From: Chara braunii
Taxonomy: Eukaryota > Plantae > Charophyceae
DNA length: 64,000 bases
Assembly: GCA_003427395.1 (NCBI GenBank)
Contig: BFEA01000039.1
Coordinates: forward strand, 2,156,371 to 2,220,370
Reading direction: 5' to 3'
Part shown: positions 63,185 through 64,000 of the stretch, in pieces
Position numbering within the stretch: the stretch's first letter is position 1
How the letters are laid out: every line of letters starts with the position of its first letter
Position numbers and translations under genes: made by a program
The notes under the pieces: generated by a model
What the model was told of the DNA's origin: nothing
Databases searched by the model: none
The model's input: the letters and a program-made list of their open reading frames with translations, nothing else

Positions 63185-64000
63185 CACGGAATCCCCGTAC
63201 TTGATGGTTTGTGTCATAAACCCTTTGACCCTTGTTGAAGACAAACTGTCCCCAAGAGGAACATAGCAACGGACAACAACCTTGTGAAGCACCAGGCAAT
63301 ACAAATAGAGGCAACAAGGCTGCACAATGCCAAAAACGACTGCAAGGAACGACATGGCACGCAACACGATTGCCGTGTAGTGAAGCACAAGGCAACACCA
63401 GCAAGGCAACAACACTGCAGGGGACGACAGGGCGAGTGAACCAGCAGCTGGACAACCCTGAAGCGGAGCACAAGGCACCAGCAACAAGGCAACCAACCTA
63501 CAGGGCACACAAGCGGTAAGCACGGAAGGCACGACCAACAGATGAGTAGCACGGCAGCGANGCAAAGGCAACACCAACAACGTGGTCACACCGCACAACG
63601 AACACATCGACCTGCAAAGAACCACATGCGAAGCAAACGAGACAAGCAGCAAGGCAACGGTGGAGAGCAGACGAGGACGTCCATACATCCAACATAGAGC
63701 AAAGCAGCACATGACCTACTTCGAGTCACATNACGATTGAACCCCCCAGACTGTTGGTTCCCACCACCCACTGAACCATGNAGTCGCTCCGACGAACATC
63801 CGTCATCACCGANAGNCAACATAGACATCCCGAACCGAAAAGCCCCCAAAAGAGTGTAGTAGGCACTCCAAACGAGGAAGTACCGACTGTTTGGTGCTAC
63901 TTAAGGGTGCTCAGTTGGACACGCAAAAAAAGTTAGAAAAAATCAGGGGAAGAACAGACAACAGAAAAAAGACTGACAAACATAAAACCGATTGTGTGTG

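Noticed and set aside
62201-63712. 503-aa ORF and other long ORFs spanning N runs (33013-33591, 52096-52468, 55177-56336)
   Set aside because: Length comes from assembly gaps and low-complexity sequence; no protein motifs.

Overview
Eukaryotic, repeat-saturated window with no intact host gene. The repeat families resemble those of a charophyte or other streptophyte alga such as Chara; this is an inference. It is a nested stack of mobile elements. (1) Five copies of a giant LTR family (7.4-8.9 kb, TGTCG...CGACA ends, terminal hairpin TACCCTTACAAGGGTA) fall into two subfamilies: A (1-5845), B (6832-14566) and C (30366-37751) on +, and D (26444-42304) and E (50045-58917) on -. D and E bracket a 7.7-kb internal region that has a tRNA-Asp PBS but no gag/pol, i.e. 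a LARD-like element of ~25 kb net length. It has no canonical PPT, and C inserted into D with no target-site duplication. The LTRs carry arrays of co-varying RNA hairpins. (2) A decayed Penelope-like element (~16060-22590, - strand) has the domain order zinc knuckle / GIY-YIG / RT, with its RT core inverted in place, a pLTR-like upstream partial copy, and two hAT-like MITEs. (3) Two type III hammerhead ribozymes lie at 18386-18441 and 63131-63184 (- strand). (4) An L1-clade LINE (ORF1, APE, RT) is split by a 33-kb nested insertion bounded by a 13-bp TSD. Microsatellites and four N-gaps generate most of the spurious ORFs.
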